From the NCBI GenBank assembly GCA_003707115.1, contig PPNB01000008.1, positions 248,001-312,000 of the forward strand: DNA of 64,000 nucleotides, in the 5' to 3' direction. The stretch's first letter is position 1, and every line of letters starts with the position of its first letter. Below are positions 10,494-20,977 of the stretch, piece after piece. This DNA comes from Tortispora ganteri (Eukaryota). Below the pieces are notes generated by a model, which worked only from the letters and a program-made list of their open reading frames with translations, made no database searches and was not told the origin of the DNA. Position numbers and translations under genes: made by a program.

Positions 10494-11093
10494 TTAAGAT
10501 ATTGTAAACTCAGGGTTTTCGTCTCGTAGATCGTATATCTTTCCTGCAACTTCGATAGACCATTCAATTAGTTTGAACTCTTCGTCTGGAGATGGGCGCG
10601 CGGCACGGAATCTCAATATACCGCTATTTTTGTCACCTTTGATTGGCACCTGGAAATGTACATCTCCGTGTACAATATTCAACGATCCCCGCAACCACGG
10701 AAATGCGCCTTTCAGTTGAATTTTTGAGCCCAAGGTTTCGCGCGCGGTAGGTGAACGGCGAAGTGAGTATAATGCTGATCCAACAATATTCGAGTTCAAG
10801 TTGTCATTGTTAATAATCCCCGCACCAATAACGGCGCAAAACACCACAAACCCCAAAAACAAAAGCAATCCTGTTGGCCGTGAATTAACATTCGGCAAAT
10901 CAACATCTAGTGCTACATCGGGTTGTACCCCCTTAGGGTGAACAGTTCGACCTGCAGAATCCAGCGTATAGTCGTCATGGTATGGTTTCTTCACCGTAGA
11001 TTGCATTCTCATCAATATAAGATTGTTCCGACAGACACTACTACCGTATCGACATACAGGCCGCATATTAGCGTGCCGCAAGTACCGAAACAT
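10494..11093 (-). CDS. COA1: Cytochrome oxidase assembly factor Coa1 family
   Basis: Presequence, single TM, ALYSLRRSPTARETLG, WLRGSLNIVHGDVHF, G-x-LRFRAAR; ATG at 11093. Confidence 0.8.
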   Translation of the reverse strand: MFRYLRHANMRPVCRYGSSVCRNNLILMRMQSTVKKPYHDDYTLDSAGRTVHPKGVQPDVALDVDLPNVNSRPTGLLLFLGFVVFCAVIGAGIINNDNLNSNIVGSALYSLRRSPTARETLGSKIQLKGAFPWLRGSLNIVHGDVHFQVPIKGDKNSGILRFRAARPSPDEEFKLIEWSIEVAGKIYDLRDENPEFTIS

Positions 11094-11100
11094 AATAGCT

Positions 11101-11170
11101 AATACTAGATGTCGCAAATACTAGATGTCGCAAATACTAGATGTCGCAAATACTAGATGTCGCAAATACT
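11101..11170. repeat. Perfect 16-bp tandem repeat AATACTAGATGTCGCA x4.4
   Basis: Read directly: copies at 11101, 11117, 11133, 11149, plus partial AATACT. Confidence 0.97.
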
Positions 11171-11235
11171 GTGGTGTGGAATTGGTTTGGTGAACTTTCC
11201 ACTTAAACTATTCAGCGAATCACAAAATTTACCTA

Positions 11236-11243
11236 TCACGTGA
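11236..11243. promoter_or_regulatory. TCACGTGA (Cbf1-type site) in the COA1/MRPL9 divergent promoter
   Basis: Exact palindrome; also at 15634, 35440 and 57370. Confidence 0.55.
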
Positions 11244-11318
11244 TACAACAAACTCACTTGTACCCAACATCTCACTCTCCCCAGTAGACTTTTTATCTTG
11301 TCAACTAAGCCAGCGCGC

Positions 11319-12107
11319 ATGTGTCGTAAAATAAGTACAACGCTGCCCGTTAGGCTGATTTTTAGGCGGTGTCAGTCTACAGATGCTTCAAATTCACTTC
11401 CGCTGTTGAAACACACACCAGAAGCTAGCGTGTTTCGTAAGAATCTGCCGAAACGGCCCGGTCTCGCTGCATACAAACAAGGCATGACTACTTTCTTTAA
11501 ATCCGATGGTACAAGAGTGCCAGCCACTGTCCTGTTTGCCGATCGATCACAAGTCACAGATGTGCGTACACTAGAAAAACACGGATACACCGCTGTCCAG
11601 ATCGGTATCGGGTCCAAGAAAGTGCACAACGTCACTAAACCCGAACTGGGTCATTTCATCAAAGCCGGCGTCCCTGTAAAACGTGATGTTGTTGAAATAC
11701 GTATCAACCCGCATGCTGAACTGCCACCAGTGGGGTCTCAACTTTCTGTATCTGCATTCAAAGAAGGATCCTACGTTGACGTCAAGGCGATCTGCAAGGG
11801 AAAAGGTTTTGCAGGCCCTATGAAACGACATGGGTTCAGTGGTTCTCCTGCTTCACATGGTGTATCGCTCACTCATAGATCGCACGGTTCGATCGGTCAA
11901 AGTACGACGCCTGGCCGCGTACTACCTGGAAAGAGAATGGCTGGTCACATGGGCGGACACTACGTCACTGTAACAAACCTGCAAGTTCTACAAGTGTTGC
12001 CAGAACACGACATCTTGGTTGTTCAAGGTCATGTACCAGGACCGAAAAAGGGCGTCGTTAGAGTAAGAGATTCTATAAGGCCTCCTAAATATCCTAAGCA
12101 ACTGTAA
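11319..12107 (+). CDS. MRPL9: Mitochondrial ribosomal protein uL3m
   Basis: KGKGFAGPMKRHGF, SHGVSLTHRSHGSIGQ, PGRVLPGKRMAGHMG. Confidence 0.95.
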   Translation: MCRKISTTLPVRLIFRRCQSTDASNSLPLLKHTPEASVFRKNLPKRPGLAAYKQGMTTFFKSDGTRVPATVLFADRSQVTDVRTLEKHGYTAVQIGIGSKKVHNVTKPELGHFIKAGVPVKRDVVEIRINPHAELPPVGSQLSVSAFKEGSYVDVKAICKGKGFAGPMKRHGFSGSPASHGVSLTHRSHGSIGQSTTPGRVLPGKRMAGHMGGHYVTVTNLQVLQVLPEHDILVVQGHVPGPKKGVVRVRDSIRPPKYPKQL

Positions 12108-12265
12108 ATAGCCCAGGATTCTGCAATTAGTATGATAACTGATGATATTCTCTTATGTCTTTTTAAAGTCTTGTATTTTTGTTCCTTCACATTAAATTTA
12201 ACAGTCGAAGATCTCATTTATTTTATATTTCAATGTTTTATAATTATCTTTGATTGGTGTGTCAT

Positions 12266-15200
12266 TTAAGCATCATCATCCATTTCAGATGGTCTTATCA
12301 GTCCACCAACCTTCTTGGCTCGCTCGAGTTCAGCTCGCTCCTTCTCGGCCTTCTCTAGTTCTCTTTCTTCTTGATACAGCCACTCAGTATCGCCTCCTCC
12401 AATTTCTCGAATCTGAACAAGGAAATCACGCAAGTTCTGCTTAAATCTTTCATGATTTCCAACATATGTCAAAAGGCCGCGCGAAAATACTTCAATAGGT
12501 TGCCGGTCTAAGTGGGGAAAAGCTGTCATCAACATGTTCACGGTATATAAACGAACAGCCTCTGCGTTACCTGCGCCACCTAGAATGCCTTCAGACGCAG
12601 GAACAAGGTTCGCAGTTACATTAGAATCTTGTGCAATAGCGTACATCCTTTCAAGAAGAATAGCCTGAAATTTAAACCCAGCTTTGTGGTCAGCATCAGT
12701 CAGCACAAAGTAAGTATCTTTCAAAATAGGCAAGAAAAAGTTCTCGTAAAACGCATCAACAAACGGCTTACCATCAGCAGGGATTCGTGTAGCAACATTG
12801 TCAAGTATCTCAATTGTCAAGTTTAATCCATCGCTTTCAATTTCGCGGTTGTCGTGTTTAATTGCCCACAAACAAGAATTAATTATCAAGGCAAAAATCT
12901 GAGGAGGTAAACTAACCAGAGCAGGGAAACAGGAACCATTTACAGACCTCAATAACTTGAAAAATTCAATCCTGTGCTCCATGTAATCTGAGAAATCCTT
13001 ATTGATCATCTCAAGGGTACATTCAAATATATTCTCAATAATTCGGGGAATATATGGCTCAATTGAAGGACCAAGTCTATTGACAAGGCTAGTCATGCAT
13101 CTCAAAACTTCCGCATCACGAGCATCAGGTAGATTCTGTCGATAGTCCTCCAGCACCGCAGCAAGAAGTGGTTCAATCATGTCATTTATAATAGCTTCTT
13201 TATTGTCCGCTTTAGAAACATAAGTTTCGATCAGTTTTAAGACTTCTTTCTTGATAGTGCGCCAGCCACGAACCCTTGGCGTCTTAGCAGCAATTTTGCC
13301 TTGCTCAGCAATTGCCGCCGATATTAGTTCTGAAGTAGCATGATACATAGATAACATATCCATATATATTTTCGCAATCTGAGGGTAGAAGGCAGGCCCA
13401 ACGGATGTGCAAACAGATACATTAGTTTTCATAATGTTAGACAATATCTTCACAGTCTCAGAATCAGATAATAAGTTGTTATCTTGCTGTGCTTGCTCTA
13501 TAATAGCATCCCATGCACTGTTTGGAAGAGCCATTAAATCAGCCAGATATCTTTCCTGCACGTTCCTAATCGGTTGCGCAGAGACCATATATCCTAGAGC
13601 TTCATAAAAACTGTGAATTTGTCTGGGGTCCAAGTCGGAAGTATGCTCTGGAATCTTTTGAATAATTTCAACCAAGAAAGGGGTGGCAGAAGAACCTTGT
13701 GGTGAAACAAAATGCCGACGGCATTTTTGTGAGATTTTCATAAAAGTGTCAATCGCCATATCTTGTACACCATCGTGCGTTTCATGCATGAATTCAAATA
13801 GCTTATTCACCACAGTTTTCAAGAAGTTCCAGTGCGCTCTTAGAAATCGAGGATATTGCCCAACCACATACATGATATTCGATGCAACAACAGCCTTGTT
13901 ATCCTTTCCCCTTTTAATTTCAGTGAGATGAAGCAAGTTCTTTATTACATTAACAAGGAATCGCTTTTCAAATTCTTCATTCATAGCTCCTGAAATTGAT
14001 CCAATAGCCCAAGAAAGAGAGTTTACAGCATTCCAGCTCCATTCAGAACCGTCGATTTGGCGAGCCAATTTCTCGGTCATGATTCGTTCGGTGTCGACCA
14101 CGTCTAAGTGGGTCAGATATACCAAAACTTCGCGCATGGTTTTATAGAGAGCAATAGTATCAGATTCCTTAAAGAAAGAGCGAACAATTTCGCCTTCATC
14201 ATTTTCTTCGACTAGAACTTCTTCTGGGCGAGCCATGTTTTCTATAACAACAAGTCTCAATTCAGAAAGAACATCCTTGTAAATGTGCGCACGAAGAGGG
14301 AAGTTAGCAAGTATCTCTGGGTTTATAGCACCACCAGAAGCAGAACCGACCCGTAGCTGGTTGACAGGATTCAGATCAGTGAGTGGAATTTGTTGAATTT
14401 CTTCGTAAAAGTTGTACACTAAGGTAGACCAATAATCAAGACAAATCTTGAAGACTTCACGCTCCTCAATTTGTGATATGCGGATTAAATACATGTGAGC
14501 GTTAATGAGCAGTTCTTTATTTTCAGGATTTTCGATCAGGGCGAGGTGATTTGATAAAAATGCTGACAAAAACAGAGCTAAGTTCTGGATGAATTCCTGG
14601 TCGTGAGAGGGGACATCGCTATAGGTTTCGCGAAGATTAGTACTGAGAGGAATAATAGAATTAATATGCTCCATTGCAGTCAAAAACATGGCGTAGAACT
14701 GCTGATCGTGATTCGGTGCGCTGAGAGAGGCTATTTCAGTAAGACACTTGACGGTGATGTTGCGGAATTCTAATGGATCTAGAAATCTAGAAACCAATAA
14801 CTCAATGATATTTGTTTCAAAAATATAGCCAAAAGGAATCCAGTTAAGATAGCGGAGAAGGGCATTTAGAGTAGCGAGGATAAGGTCTTTTCGCTTGGCG
14901 TTTTCAAGGACTTCAAGGCAGAGCTGGAAAATGCCGGAGAACTCTTGACACATTTGCGATTTGAGGTTTTTTGCTTTGGCGGACGTCATCTGGTCAGCTG
15001 AGAAGTCGAATACCTCTTCCGAGAGCAAAGTCAAGATAGCCATGTTGTTCTCGCAGACGTTTATACTTGACCGAGAAGAAGCGACAATTTCCGGAATGAA
15101 CTCAGGCCAGTTATGGGGCCAATCCTGTTTCAAGATTTGCACTAGGGTGAGGTTTACTTTACTAAGCAGAGATTTCTGAGTTTGCATAACTTCGTCATCA

Positions 15201-15511
15201 GAGGCGAGAGTGAGAGACATAGAGACAACAAAGTTGCGAATTCCAAGACGTTGCTCCGAGGGAAGGGTTTTCCAACGGGTAGCAATTAATTTATCAAGAA
15301 TTCTGAGTGCCAAGAAACGCGTTTGAGGGTTATTTGAGCCTTCTAGGATCTGGTCGGCGCGCTGCCAGGCATCTGGATGTTCCTGGAATTGCGTCAACAC
15401 GGTCTGCGCTTCCTTTTGCGTATCGCCAGACCCAGAGTACAGCGCTTCCACTGTACAGTCCAATAGTTCGATATCTATAGATGGCTTAGAAAAATCCAGC
15501 AGTGATTCCAT
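12266..15511 (-). CDS. CRM1: Exportin-1
   Basis: MESLLDFS start; KRGKDNKAVVASNIMYVVGQYPRFL, LFEFMHETHDGVQDMA. Confidence 0.98.
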   Translation of the reverse strand: MESLLDFSKPSIDIELLDCTVEALYSGSGDTQKEAQTVLTQFQEHPDAWQRADQILEGSNNPQTRFLALRILDKLIATRWKTLPSEQRLGIRNFVVSMSLTLASDDEVMQTQKSLLSKVNLTLVQILKQDWPHNWPEFIPEIVASSRSSINVCENNMAILTLLSEEVFDFSADQMTSAKAKNLKSQMCQEFSGIFQLCLEVLENAKRKDLILATLNALLRYLNWIPFGYIFETNIIELLVSRFLDPLEFRNITVKCLTEIASLSAPNHDQQFYAMFLTAMEHINSIIPLSTNLRETYSDVPSHDQEFIQNLALFLSAFLSNHLALIENPENKELLINAHMYLIRISQIEEREVFKICLDYWSTLVYNFYEEIQQIPLTDLNPVNQLRVGSASGGAINPEILANFPLRAHIYKDVLSELRLVVIENMARPEEVLVEENDEGEIVRSFFKESDTIALYKTMREVLVYLTHLDVVDTERIMTEKLARQIDGSEWSWNAVNSLSWAIGSISGAMNEEFEKRFLVNVIKNLLHLTEIKRGKDNKAVVASNIMYVVGQYPRFLRAHWNFLKTVVNKLFEFMHETHDGVQDMAIDTFMKISQKCRRHFVSPQGSSATPFLVEIIQKIPEHTSDLDPRQIHSFYEALGYMVSAQPIRNVQERYLADLMALPNSAWDAIIEQAQQDNNLLSDSETVKILSNIMKTNVSVCTSVGPAFYPQIAKIYMDMLSMYHATSELISAAIAEQGKIAAKTPRVRGWRTIKKEVLKLIETYVSKADNKEAIINDMIEPLLAAVLEDYRQNLPDARDAEVLRCMTSLVNRLGPSIEPYIPRIIENIFECTLEMINKDFSDYMEHRIEFFKLLRSVNGSCFPALVSLPPQIFALIINSCLWAIKHDNREIESDGLNLTIEILDNVATRIPADGKPFVDAFYENFFLPILKDTYFVLTDADHKAGFKFQAILLERMYAIAQDSNVTANLVPASEGILGGAGNAEAVRLYTVNMLMTAFPHLDRQPIEVFSRGLLTYVGNHERFKQNLRDFLVQIREIGGGDTEWLYQEERELEKAEKERAELERAKKVGGLIRPSEMDDDA

Positions 15512-15719
15512 TACGTCGTGCTTTCGCGGATAATATGTATAAAAACCAACTTTCCCAGAGGCTTTTGTGGTGGTTACGTGCAGTGAGGGGGAGTGGTTGG
15601 GTGTACAATCGTTATAGAACTTTCTGCAAGATGTCACGTGATTTAGTAGGAGCGCGCTGACGATCACGGCAGTACGCAAAGTTGAAATAGAGATACAGTG
15701 ATATTTTTGTTAGTTTGTA

Positions 15720-18700
15720 TTAAACAACATTGTTTGAGAGATCCCACACGGGACGGAAATTCTTTGCATCATGAGGGCTGGGCACGAGATCGCCCGCCAA
15801 ATCGATGCTGGTGACAGGATCCCACGAGTATCCGGTGTTCAGCGGCGTGACAGGAGTCGACTTCGAGCCGGGTGAGAATTTCTTCATAGGTGCAAAGTCC
15901 ACAGGTGACAGCAAAGCAGAATTACGTATAGCTGAGGGTTGCGGCAACTCTCTTAGAGGGCGGCGGTGGACTACACCAGTTCCCACGTCTCCCGCGCCGG
16001 TTCTCGCCAACGTGCTCAGCGACATAGTCGACTGGGCCTTGGGCAGTTTCTTTCGAGGAGCATAGCTCAGAACACTGTTGTATACTTCTTCTATACTGTG
16101 TGGCTGTGGTAGCGCTTTGAGGGGCTCATTGGTCCATCTGCGCTGCTTTCGTCTAGGAGTGCTGCGTCCAAATCCTGAATGTACAGACCCGCTCGGATGA
16201 GGATAATAGCCGTAAGTATTGTCATCAGAGTATCTTGGTTGGTCATAGTCATATCCTTGGCCATCATAAGAGTTATATTCATAGCCATAGTCGTATCCAG
16301 GATGACCGTATCCTTGATCATATTCCGCATTATAGCTACCGTAGCGTTCTGCACCAGCATCGCTAGCGGAATACTGTATTCCATAACCGCTCTTATTCAA
16401 ATTTAACTGGTCCACAGATAACGACCGGGGGAACATCTCGTGGCCATTATGGCGTAGTCCAAGCCCAACACCTCGGTGCAGTCTTTCGTCATCAAATATG
16501 TCATTGAGTCCTTCTCCATATTCATCCTTTTCTTCGCCTGGACCTACCTCTAGTTTTAGGGGCCGTGAATGTGATCGCAGAGACGCAGATCGCGGGGGTA
16601 CATCCTCTTCTTCATTCTGCTGGACTTTAGCAGGTAGCTCGCCTATGATACTTACGGAGTCGTCCAGGATTGTTTCGTTATGCTCAGCTGCGTCCGAGTG
16701 TTCGTCTTGGGTGGCTGCATGTTTCGCAGGCAACCTTGGCGTACGAGGTGAGATGCTTCTAACCGTGGAAAAGTTACTGTTCTCGTTCAATTCAGAACTA
16801 TCAGTTAATCCAGGTAGAGGGCTCACGGATTCCCTGTCAGTATCATAGTTATCGCGCAATAACCCTTGAAATGCCATAGAGATCGACTGGCTTATACCAG
16901 AGACATGGCTAGAATACACAGATCCATCATCCTCCGCTTGATTATCGTCATCGACAATACTTTTCTGATTCTCATCAGAATTTTGAAGCATTTCTTCTGC
17001 TACATTCATCACACATGTTAAAGAAAGTGCAGAGGAGTGATCACCATCTTCAGAAACGGATTCAGAATTAGCTGTCTGTGAAACATTATCATGATGTAGA
17101 GCTGTACTCGTGCTCAGTAGAGAATAGTGGCTTCCGTCGTCCGACTCAAAAGAGACAGTGGACTTGTGCGGTTGTATATCAACTCGCGCAGCCTCTGCTG
17201 AGTGCTCTTTTATTGCCACTGTTTTCTCACCAGCTTCAAGGCCAGAAAGTGCGTTTGGCTCAGCGACAGTTTGAACTGTTAGTTCAGCTCTAGGTTCTAC
17301 TTCTAGTACAGCTGCTGGTTCGGCTGAGAGTCCTATTGTAGGGGCAACCGTGGGTTCGACCGTACTCGAGTCTGCATTTTCAGTTGCACTTTCAACTGCA
17401 GAATTCATGAGAGCTTCATTCAGAGAGAGGCTGGTGCATTCATTCATGGGATCAAAGGCTGATTTAGATTCAGGAGAAATGTCAAAGTCAGCAATTTCAG
17501 GCTGCGTTCCCGCTATTTCGTCTTGTTGTAGCTCCAACTCTTCAAGCAGAGTGGATACACTTGGAGCGTGTCCATTAGTCGGAGAGTCACATATAACTGA
17601 TTTTGTATCATTAGCAGTATCAGCGTTTAATATTTCTCCCGAATAGGAAGATTCAAGCTGTGTTTGATCAACATGTTGAATATCTGCGTATTGCATATCA
17701 TTTACCATAGACGAATGCAAATGGCTAGTATTTGGTCCAATTCTATCAAGTGAAATCTCATGGTTTTCAGGCATGACGTCGATGGAGGGTTTTCTATAAA
17801 GTTCATGCTCAGGAAACTTTTTTCGAGCATCTTCCAACTGTTGAATACTTGCCTCGCTAGACTTTAGAGGTTCTGGTCCGCTTCCGTTCTGGTCAAACAA
17901 GGCTATAAACGAAGATGTATCAGATAATGCGCCAGTTTTCAAAGACTCGGAATCAGTATTTGATATATTGACAGCCATTGAATCATCGAAAACATTTTCA
18001 CATGTGCGCGATGACGAAGTGCGATGAAGTTCAGTGTTTTCTTCCGAATCCTGTTGAGCCAGTGTATCGTTTGGAGAATCGTCCGAAAACGCGACAGCCA
18101 TAGTCTCCGAGTAAATTGAAGCAGCAGGCGTGCCTCGAGATGATGCGACATCGAGATACACGGTAGGCTCGGAATCCGGATCACTGAGCGTGGATGTCAT
18201 TTGCGGGGTGGACGACACGTCGTAGTAGTTTTCAACAGTTGAGTTCTGGGAGAAAGCGCCGACAGAAGCACGGATGTTGAGATCTGGCGAGATCAAGGTA
18301 GATCTGCGCACTGAGTCTGTTGATTCAGAAACCTCCGGAATAGGATCTCGTATGATAGAACCTTGACCGCTAGGTACATCTGCAATGTCGCCATCTTCGA
18401 ATGAATTGCAACGTTCATTGGTGGAGGCGGGAGACAGAATTGACGGTGTAGTGCTAGAAAGCGAGGCGATAACACTTCTGCTGTAGGGGTTCCCCGTAGA
18501 AGCAGAGCCACCAAGGCCGATGTCCTTAGCATACGGCGGAAGGGGAAGATTGGAGTCTACGCTGAAATAAGAAGCGTGAGAACCAAGAGTGTGCAGAGAA
18601 AGAACAGATCTGGACTTTTCATTTGCACGAGTAAGTGACGCATGGTAATTGGGCAAGTTGTATGGATCATCATTCACGTCAACAGAACGTGAAAAAGACG

Positions 18701-19088
18701 CAAAACTGGTACGCGTTTGTGACTCTGTGGGCACGCCGTAATATTCGGGGGTGAGATCTTCTTTTGAAGGAAAAGATGAAGCGACAGATCTGGTTACAGG
18801 GTTCACATCATTGAATGGCGAAAGAACGTGGTCAGAGTCACCAATTTGTGACATGCGATGGATCGAACTATTGCTGTCGTCAAAGTCAGCGAGCTCTTCT
18901 TGCTCGCGCTTTAGACGGCGGACGTGTCGCCGATACAAAAATGCAAAGATTATCAAAGCAACTCCAATAGGAATAGTAATACCTAGAACGACGGGGAGAA
19001 CGATGCTATCCGAAGATGTTGGTTTCTGGCATTGTTCCGCGGTGCCACAATCATCATCAGAGTTGGCCTTTCGCGCAAGAAAGGGCAT
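15720..19088 (-). CDS. Large single-pass membrane protein with disordered tail (Skg6/Tos2-like)
   Basis: C-x5-CQKP then TM LPVVLGITIPIGVALIIFAFLYRRHVRRLKRE, typical of SKG6-type proteins; first ATG at 19088. Confidence 0.75.
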   Translation of the reverse strand: MPFLARKANSDDDCGTAEQCQKPTSSDSIVLPVVLGITIPIGVALIIFAFLYRRHVRRLKREQEELADFDDSNSSIHRMSQIGDSDHVLSPFNDVNPVTRSVASSFPSKEDLTPEYYGVPTESQTRTSFASFSRSVDVNDDPYNLPNYHASLTRANEKSRSVLSLHTLGSHASYFSVDSNLPLPPYAKDIGLGGSASTGNPYSRSVIASLSSTTPSILSPASTNERCNSFEDGDIADVPSGQGSIIRDPIPEVSESTDSVRRSTLISPDLNIRASVGAFSQNSTVENYYDVSSTPQMTSTLSDPDSEPTVYLDVASSRGTPAASIYSETMAVAFSDDSPNDTLAQQDSEENTELHRTSSSRTCENVFDDSMAVNISNTDSESLKTGALSDTSSFIALFDQNGSGPEPLKSSEASIQQLEDARKKFPEHELYRKPSIDVMPENHEISLDRIGPNTSHLHSSMVNDMQYADIQHVDQTQLESSYSGEILNADTANDTKSVICDSPTNGHAPSVSTLLEELELQQDEIAGTQPEIADFDISPESKSAFDPMNECTSLSLNEALMNSAVESATENADSSTVEPTVAPTIGLSAEPAAVLEVEPRAELTVQTVAEPNALSGLEAGEKTVAIKEHSAEAARVDIQPHKSTVSFESDDGSHYSLLSTSTALHHDNVSQTANSESVSEDGDHSSALSLTCVMNVAEEMLQNSDENQKSIVDDDNQAEDDGSVYSSHVSGISQSISMAFQGLLRDNYDTDRESVSPLPGLTDSSELNENSNFSTVRSISPRTPRLPAKHAATQDEHSDAAEHNETILDDSVSIIGELPAKVQQNEEEDVPPRSASLRSHSRPLKLEVGPGEEKDEYGEGLNDIFDDERLHRGVGLGLRHNGHEMFPRSLSVDQLNLNKSGYGIQYSASDAGAERYGSYNAEYDQGYGHPGYDYGYEYNSYDGQGYDYDQPRYSDDNTYGYYPHPSGSVHSGFGRSTPRRKQRRWTNEPLKALPQPHSIEEVYNSVLSYAPRKKLPKAQSTMSLSTLARTGAGDVGTGVVHRRPLRELPQPSAIRNSALLSPVDFAPMKKFSPGSKSTPVTPLNTGYSWDPVTSIDLAGDLVPSPHDAKNFRPVWDLSNNVV

Positions 19089-19443
19089 TTTATGCGATGG
19101 AGTAAACGAATGGACAGACAATTAGCAGAGTCAATAAGCTGTACGCGTAGTAAGTACACGTAAATATGCTACAAATAAGCAGAGGAAAGAAAGGATGAGG
19201 CGGGTGCCCGCGAAGAAAGGCTGTGTCGAGTGAAAAGAAATAACTAAGACAGCACCGCGGAATGAAGGGGAAACGCGTAAACCAGCTTGGGAATGAGAGA
19301 CCCAGGGTTGAGCCCTATTTCCTAATTGGGTGATACGCATGAAAATTGAGGGCAGTGTGCGGATTTGGATTCTCCGGGTTGGAGACAGACACAAGTCATA
19401 AACCGTAATCTAATTTCGAAGCTGAATATAAGCAATTGTGGCA

Positions 19444-20352
19444 ATGGGTGACAAAACCGAAGAGACCCCAGACTTGAAGAAGACACTGAAAGATGCATTC
19501 CCCGATGCGCCGGACGAAGTTGTGCGGGCAGTGGCGATTGCGTGCCAGGGTAGCCAGGAATGGGGATTCTATGGTATGCTTGCTTATGGTGACAAGAACT
19601 TTGTGGCGCCTACACCGCCTGTTGACACTGCGAAAGACGAAGAGATTGCACGGCAATTGGCCGAACAGTATGGTGGCCAGGGCGGCAGACCACATGCTCC
19701 ACGTCCGCATCGTGGTGGACCTCCACGTGGGCCAGCACCTAGGGGCACAGTTAATGCTGCAACCAAAGAGCGGTCATTTTTAGACGACGACCTGCCTGAG
19801 ATCAAAGAAAACTTGGCAAAAGGGTTTCAGGATACAAGGACGAAAGTTAATACGTGGGTTGAGAATCTGCGAAAGAAGCTAGATGGCGAAGAGGACGATA
19901 ACAGCCAGTACGATTCGTACGGTGGACGACGATATGGCAAAGGCCATGGTCGGCCGGCGCGCAGACGACGCGGTGGTTACGATGATGACCATCGTATGCT
20001 AGATGATGATTTCGATCGATTAGCAATGAAAGATGATTTTGAGGATAACGACGATGTTCCGCCTCCACGTCCACCGCGCCCCGTGAGTGAGGATAAGGGT
20101 GATGTCAGTGTTAGTGGCGGGGTGACCGCCACGACGTCGAACTCAACACCGAAACCAGAAGCGTCGAAGAAGAGCTGGGAGCCGTTGAAAGTTGTTGCAC
20201 CTGAACCTGAAGATGCATTTCTAATTGAAGAGGATGAGGACAAAGAAGAGGAAAGCGTTGAGACCAAGACGGAGACAGAAGGTTCTACCGCGAAGGCTGA
20301 CGACAAGACCAAAACTGCCAAGACGGAGGAGCACGACGATCAGATCGATTAG
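19444..20352 (+). CDS. CUE5: CUE-domain ubiquitin-binding protein (Cue5-like)
   Basis: LKDAFPDAPDEVVRAV, DEEIARQLA, SFLDDDLPEIKENLAKGFQDTRTKVNTWV. Confidence 0.85.
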   Translation: MGDKTEETPDLKKTLKDAFPDAPDEVVRAVAIACQGSQEWGFYGMLAYGDKNFVAPTPPVDTAKDEEIARQLAEQYGGQGGRPHAPRPHRGGPPRGPAPRGTVNAATKERSFLDDDLPEIKENLAKGFQDTRTKVNTWVENLRKKLDGEEDDNSQYDSYGGRRYGKGHGRPARRRRGGYDDDHRMLDDDFDRLAMKDDFEDNDDVPPPRPPRPVSEDKGDVSVSGGVTATTSNSTPKPEASKKSWEPLKVVAPEPEDAFLIEEDEDKEEESVETKTETEGSTAKADDKTKTAKTEEHDDQID

Positions 20353-20367
20353 CCTAGTGGTTGGTGA

Positions 20368-20850
20368 TTAGCCCTTTAGTTCATTGATGTCCATTTTTAG
20401 TTGTTCTATTCTTTTCTTTTTAGAATTCATAGAATTCCAATCTGTAACGCCGCTATTAGGAACAATTGTACAATTAGAGTCATCGATGAACCCGATTCCT
20501 CTGCGGAAAGGCACTTTTGAGAGGATCAATTTTGTGCCGAGATCGATAGACGTATTGATACTATAGAGGCCGCTCTGTACAAACAATAAACATTCATTAC
20601 CATATGCATCTTCTGCAACTATTCTGAATGAAGATTTTGAGCTTGGTCTCTCGTCTTCGTCTTCGTCATTGTCATTGTTGTCGTATAGTTTAGGCTCCAT
20701 ACTAGTCTCTAACGCGTGCAACTGCGACACTTTTGATCTGCCTATATCTGTTACATGCAAAATTTGCACTGCTACATCATTTTTTAGAATTCCATTGACA
20801 ATTTCTATCGGGCTGCCCTTGTCGCTGAAATTCCTAAGACTTTGGTTCAT
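20368..20850 (-). CDS. RMI1: Rmi1-like OB-fold protein (short)
   Basis: VQILHVTDIGRSKVSQL, FRIVAEDAYG, LGTKLILSKVPFRRG resemble the RMI1 OB fold. Confidence 0.65.
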   Translation of the reverse strand: MNQSLRNFSDKGSPIEIVNGILKNDVAVQILHVTDIGRSKVSQLHALETSMEPKLYDNNDNDEDEDERPSSKSSFRIVAEDAYGNECLLFVQSGLYSINTSIDLGTKLILSKVPFRRGIGFIDDSNCTIVPNSGVTDWNSMNSKKKRIEQLKMDINELKG

Positions 20851-20977
20851 GTCTCTATAAGAGTTTTGACTTTGATCTTCTCTCCCCTTACCTCTTTAAG
20901 CTTGTCGTCCTCTTTTCTCTTTATAATTACACCATAAAAATGACTTAAATTGATTAATATCCTATATTAGTACGAAT

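Noticed and set aside
11101..11170. CRISPR-like array
   Set aside because: Contiguous repeats with no spacers, eukaryotic context, no cas genes
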